Below, piece after piece: positions 33,194 to 36,063 of a stretch of 36,063 bases of DNA. A program made the translations under genes and the position numbers. How positions within the stretch are numbered: position 1 is the first letter of the stretch; every line of letters starts with the position of its first letter. This stretch comes from a virus: positions 1 to 36,063 of IMG/VR virus record IMGVR_UViG_3300045988_043817; one strand, written 5' to 3'. The notes beneath the pieces are model-generated. The model did no database searches. It saw only the letters and a list, made by a program, of their open reading frames with translations, and was not told where the DNA came from.

Positions 33194-33535
33194 TTAACGC
33201 CCGTTAACATAAAAGTCTATTAGTTCCTTTAAATCGTTGTACTCGTCAGGGTTCGACACTACACGTACGTTGAAGTCGAGCGCGGCGATCCGATCCAGTA
33301 TAACGCGCTGTATCGGTCTAGGCTTGCAGCCCGTAGACTTGAACTCAACAAAGATAACCGTCCCGCCCGGTAACAAGTACATTCGATCCGGCAAACCGTT
33401 AATAAATTGGGATAGCAGTTTAACCGCCATCCCTCCTTTATTCTCGACGTACTTAGACATAGTACGCTCGAATACCTTCTCGCTAGTTTCCGTAGACTTC
33501 ATTTGCAGGTACGTTAATATGCAGGCTCGCGCCAT
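33194..33535 (-). CDS. VRR-NUC domain nuclease
   Basis: GLPDRMYLLPGGTVIFVEFKSTGCKPRPIQ matches the VRR-NUC core (PD...E-x-K...Q). An alternative start lies at 33502. Confidence 0.8.
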   Translation of the reverse strand: MARACILTYLQMKSTETSEKVFERTMSKYVENKGGMAVKLLSQFINGLPDRMYLLPGGTVIFVEFKSTGCKPRPIQRVILDRIAALDFNVRVVSNPDEYNDLKELIDFYVNGR

Positions 33536-33752
33536 TTGCCACTTTGCACGCTTTCCGTAACGCTACGTAATTCTTCCGGGCTGTTGTTGCTTCCGTCCGT
33601 GTCAGACCGGTGCACCCTTCTAAATCGCTCCACGATAGGGTATCCTTAGTATACATTTGCAGCTTGTACAGCCCGCAAAATTCACCTGTACTTTTGTCCG
33701 GTGTTATCCGGGTTGCTCCATCGCGAGACTTTAATTTCTTCTTGTTACTCAT
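33483..33752 (-). CDS. Hypothetical protein (89 aa)
   Basis: ATG ORF with an ATGAGTAA junction upstream. Its 3' end overlaps the VRR-NUC ORF. Confidence 0.5.
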   Translation of the reverse strand: MSNKKKLKSRDGATRITPDKSTGEFCGLYKLQMYTKDTLSWSDLEGCTGLTRTEATTARKNYVALRKACKVANGASLHINVPANEVYGN

Positions 33753-34662
33753 TGCTATATTCTTTTAATAAAATTTTTGCCACTTCTTCCGGCGTTGCTA
33801 TTTTAAACCCGTTCTCTAAATGCAAAACACATTTCTCGTTCGCCGGGAAGTTAATCCCTAAATCCACCAACCTAACACACTTTGCCGTGCCGTCCTCCAT
33901 GTCTACGGAATCCACGATATAAAGAGAGTTTTGTGCTCTTAAATACGTTCCGGGTCTGATATTGCCGTACTTCTCGCAAAGCTCTTCGCGCCGTTTCGCT
34001 ATGGCTTCCTCGCGCTTCTTGTTCTTCCATTCCTCCTTTAGCCGGACTAGCTCGGATATCGCCACGTCGTCAGGAACTACTTCCATTTCCTTGGTACTTG
34101 TAACCCGGTACTTTTGCCCCTTCCCTGTGCCTGATAGGATCGCTACTAACTTCTCGTTGTTATCGTTGACCTCTAGTACCATAGCTAACACTTTCTCATC
34201 TCCAAACATCATGCGCACATATTCATACACTGCCACCTGTGGAGCTTCTTCCATCGTTCCAAGGTCTTTTAAGTTCATTCTTATCCCATATGATTCCATC
34301 ATAGAACACCTACGGTTTAAAAAATCCTTCGTTCCGAAGTCTCCGAACATTTGGCGAAGAACGTGTTTATAGTCCTCTACGTTGTCCCAGTCCTCCGGGC
34401 GGAATGGAGTATGCGAAAATACTACCACAGTACCCTTGTCATCTATCACTACCCTCCACGCGTTTGTATTCTGAACCATCCACTCACATATAACATCTAC
34501 TTGGCTACGTCTTAGACGTAATGCGCCATCTCCTAATATTATTTTAATTAGGTTACGGGACAAATTCCCAGCTCTTAAATCTTTAATGATTTGGTTTTTA
34601 AAACTTTGTTCTTTACTTTCCATACAATAAAATTTTATAAGTTTAAATGGATAATATGTCAT
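33745..34662 (-). CDS. Hypothetical protein (305 aa)
   Basis: ATG overlaps the upstream stop as ATGA. No recognisable motif. Confidence 0.65.
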   Translation of the reverse strand: MTYYPFKLIKFYCMESKEQSFKNQIIKDLRAGNLSRNLIKIILGDGALRLRRSQVDVICEWMVQNTNAWRVVIDDKGTVVVFSHTPFRPEDWDNVEDYKHVLRQMFGDFGTKDFLNRRCSMMESYGIRMNLKDLGTMEEAPQVAVYEYVRMMFGDEKVLAMVLEVNDNNEKLVAILSGTGKGQKYRVTSTKEMEVVPDDVAISELVRLKEEWKNKKREEAIAKRREELCEKYGNIRPGTYLRAQNSLYIVDSVDMEDGTAKCVRLVDLGINFPANEKCVLHLENGFKIATPEEVAKILLKEYSNE

Positions 34663-34868
34663 TTAGTCTCCTCCTTTACATACGTTACATACGTTAAGTC
34701 AACTCGCTTAACCGTAAATCCCGCCAGGGTCTGACAATCTGCGATATACTGCCTTTCCGATTCAATGTCTGATACGGCATACACACCTAAACCATCTTGG
34801 ACTTTTGTGTAGTCCTGTATTATAACACAGTCCGTCGTTATAATCACTGCTTTCAATATCTGTATCAT
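34659..34868 (-). CDS. Small hypothetical protein (69 aa)
   Basis: Internal ATG at 34868 overlaps the stop of the upstream micro-ORF as ATGA. The longer track ORF (to 34925) is probably an over-extension. Confidence 0.5.
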   Translation of the reverse strand: MIQILKAVIITTDCVIIQDYTKVQDGLGVYAVSDIESERQYIADCQTLAGFTVKRVDLTYVTYVKEETK

Positions 34869-34951
34869 ACGCGTGTTGTTGGCTCGCAACATAATAAAAT
34901 GAATAATACAAACAGGATCGCCCAAAAAGTGTAAACTACAAATTGTTTCAT
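34865..34951 (-). CDS. Single-TM micro-protein (28 aa; not in the track)
   Basis: MKQFVVYTFWAILFVLFILLCCEPTTRV, with ATGA junctions at both ends. Confidence 0.4.
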   Translation of the reverse strand: MKQFVVYTFWAILFVLFILLCCEPTTRV

Positions 34952-35091
34952 AACTCTATAATTTTAATGATTGATAACCCGTTTTTCAAGTTCTCCTTTA
35001 CTTGGCGTCTAGCGTCTTTAACGCTCTTCGCCCATACACCGATCCGTGATCGCCAATTGGCGTTTCCATAAATTACCTCATATTGTTTCAT
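34948..35091 (-). CDS. Small hypothetical protein (47 aa; not in the track)
   Basis: MKQYEVIYGNANWRSRIGVWAKSVKDARRQVKENLKNGLSIIKIIEL, with ATGA junctions at both ends. It fills an otherwise empty gap. Confidence 0.5.
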   Translation of the reverse strand: MKQYEVIYGNANWRSRIGVWAKSVKDARRQVKENLKNGLSIIKIIEL

Positions 35092-35378
35092 GATCTAAAA
35101 ATTTTAAAGGTTGATATTGCGTGATTAAAATCTGATTCGCTAGCGCGCCATACGGCATACATATCATTGGTGAAGAATTTACCCGGATATTCTGTAGCGC
35201 GTATTTTTGTAACTTCTTCAATAGAAAAGGTTTTCAGCGCTTTAACTAGTTTCTGCATTTTCATAGATCTACGTTCTAATTCTTTCTTCGTAGGTTCCCC
35301 GAAAAATCCTTTCTTGTTCCAGAAGCGGCGGCGGGCTTTTAAATCCGCCTCGCTTAGTTCTCCTTTGTTAGTTTTCAT
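35088..35378 (-). CDS. Hypothetical protein (96 aa)
   Basis: ATG ORF with ATGA junctions. Confidence 0.6.
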   Translation of the reverse strand: MKTNKGELSEADLKARRRFWNKKGFFGEPTKKELERRSMKMQKLVKALKTFSIEEVTKIRATEYPGKFFTNDMYAVWRASESDFNHAISTFKIFRS

Positions 35379-35557
35379 ACTTTTCCGTTTCTTAATTGGT
35401 TCAACTCGTTCATCTTATTTATAGCGGCTTCTTCTGATATTTCCAAAGACGCCATACTTTTATCGTAACCGTCCATAACGGCGTAATATCCTTTTTTCAA
35501 CGGTTTAATGTAAAACTCGTTTTTGCTGTGGTTCTTTAAATAGGCTTGTACTTTCAT
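35375..35557 (-). CDS. Hypothetical protein (60 aa)
   Basis: First ORF downstream of the promoter at 35582-35612. Confidence 0.55.
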   Translation of the reverse strand: MKVQAYLKNHSKNEFYIKPLKKGYYAVMDGYDKSMASLEISEEAAINKMNELNQLRNGKV

Positions 35558-35581
35558 ATCTTTAATTGGTTATTGTGAAAG

Positions 35582-35612
35582 CAAAGGTACGTCTTTATTT
35601 TGAACTACCAAA
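35582..35612 (-). promoter_or_regulatory. Bacteroidota-type promoter (TTTG-N19-TACCTTTG)
   Basis: -7 box at 35589-35582 and -33 at 35612-35609. Homologous to the promoter at 7293-7322. Confidence 0.6.
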
Positions 35613-35648
35613 TGTTTTCGGAAAAAACTTTGAAATATTAACAAAAAT

Positions 35649-35680
35649 AAAGGCTCGCGTATCACTACGAAAGCCTTTTT
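35649..35680 (-). terminator. Hairpin terminator after the primase/helicase gene
   Basis: AAAGGCT-N16-AGCCTTT flanked by A and T runs. The minus-strand RNA ends in AUUUUUG. Confidence 0.5.
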
Positions 35681-35737
35681 AACTGAAAAACCACCCTAAA
35701 AGTATTAACCTTAAAAATTAGAAAAGAAAGTTTTGTA

Positions 35738-36063
35738 TCACAAAGATAGTAATTTTTTGCTTTCCTCGCTACCTTTACGGATATAAACTACTTGTTGACC
35801 ATATAATTTTGTTCTTTTTAACTTTCCTTTGTACCATCCGCCTAACTGTCTCATAGCTGTTGCCAGTTCGCGCCCCTTCGCGCTTGTATAATCTTCTTTC
35901 CGGCGTCCCAGTGCATCGACCCAAAGCTCCATCAAACAGAACGTATTTTTTTGAACCGTTCCCTCTTCTTCCAGTGATCCGGCCAAGAAGTCAGCGCGTT
36001 GTTGTTCGGTGCGGTCTTCATAGTCGGCTGGGAAAAGCTTATCTACGTAGTTTTCTATAATAC
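35738..36063 (-). CDS. C-terminal part of the primase/helicase gene that starts at 2184. 35738-35944 is unique; 35945-36063 duplicates 1-119.
   Basis: Same frame as 1-2184 after circularisation. The track ORF 35738-35986 starts at an internal TTG only because the window ends there. Confidence 0.85.
   Translation of the reverse strand, partial: IIENYVDKLFPADYEDRTEQQRADFLAGSLEEEGTVQKNTFCLMELWVDALGRRKEDYTSAKGRELATAMRQLGGWYKGKLKRTKLYGQQVVYIRKGSEESKKLLSL
35945..36063. repeat. Terminal direct repeat copy 2 (identical to 1-119)
   Basis: Direct comparison of the two window ends. Confidence 0.95.

Noticed and set aside
35741-35748. TATCTTTG -7-like box at the very end of the primase/helicase gene
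   Set aside because: It lies in the last codons (KLLSL) and is followed by a terminator rather than a gene, with no -33 element. It is probably a chance match.
35945-36063. The 119-bp end repeat as a physical direct terminal repeat or cos region
   Set aside because: It lies inside the primase/helicase coding sequence, which reads in frame through the junction. An assembler overlap of a circular or permuted genome is the simpler explanation.
1-36063. Lysogeny module, tRNA genes, a diversity-generating retroelement, or stop-codon recoding
   Set aside because: There is no integrase, recombinase or reverse-transcriptase-like ORF. I found no T-loop-like GTTCGAATC/GTTCAAATC-type sequence outside coding regions. 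All large genes read through uninterrupted in the standard code.

Overview
The window is a complete, circularly closed tailed-phage genome. Bases 1-119 recur exactly at 35945-36063, inside a primase/helicase gene that stays in frame across the junction, so the unique length is 35,944 bp. All credible genes (about 55) are on the minus strand. The plus-strand ORFs in the track look like antisense shadows. Two AT-rich non-coding regions of about 0.6 kb (7204-7782 and 27160-27844) split the genes into two transcription blocks. The early/replication block runs 7203->1 and wraps to 35944->27845. It encodes a small HTH protein, a DUF2800 nuclease, a DUF2815 SSB, a family A DNA polymerase, a VirE-like primase/helicase, VRR-NUC, a Dam-like methyltransferase, an SNF2 helicase and many small ORFs. 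The late block runs 27159->7783. It encodes terS, terL, a beta-helix fibre, a BACON-domain tail protein, tape measure, protease/scaffold, capsid, three tandem paralogs, a putative portal, holin, M15 endolysin and a spanin-like protein. TTTG-N18-19-TAnnTTTG promoters and the BACON domains point to a Bacteroidota host. I saw no integrase, tRNA, CRISPR array or reverse transcriptase. The most unusual signal is a diverged duplicate non-coding module of about 310 bp (7384-7698 and 27291-27594). It has identical short blocks, conserved spacing and many copies of a GTGTAAAAGAT-type motif, and one copy sits ahead of each transcription block. Other notable points are a Cys-rich gene that needs a +1 shift in an A7 run right after its ATG, chains of ATGA-coupled micro-ORFs missing from the track, and a morphogenesis gene order that looks reversed relative to transcription. 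All functional calls come from reading motifs by eye; no database search was run.
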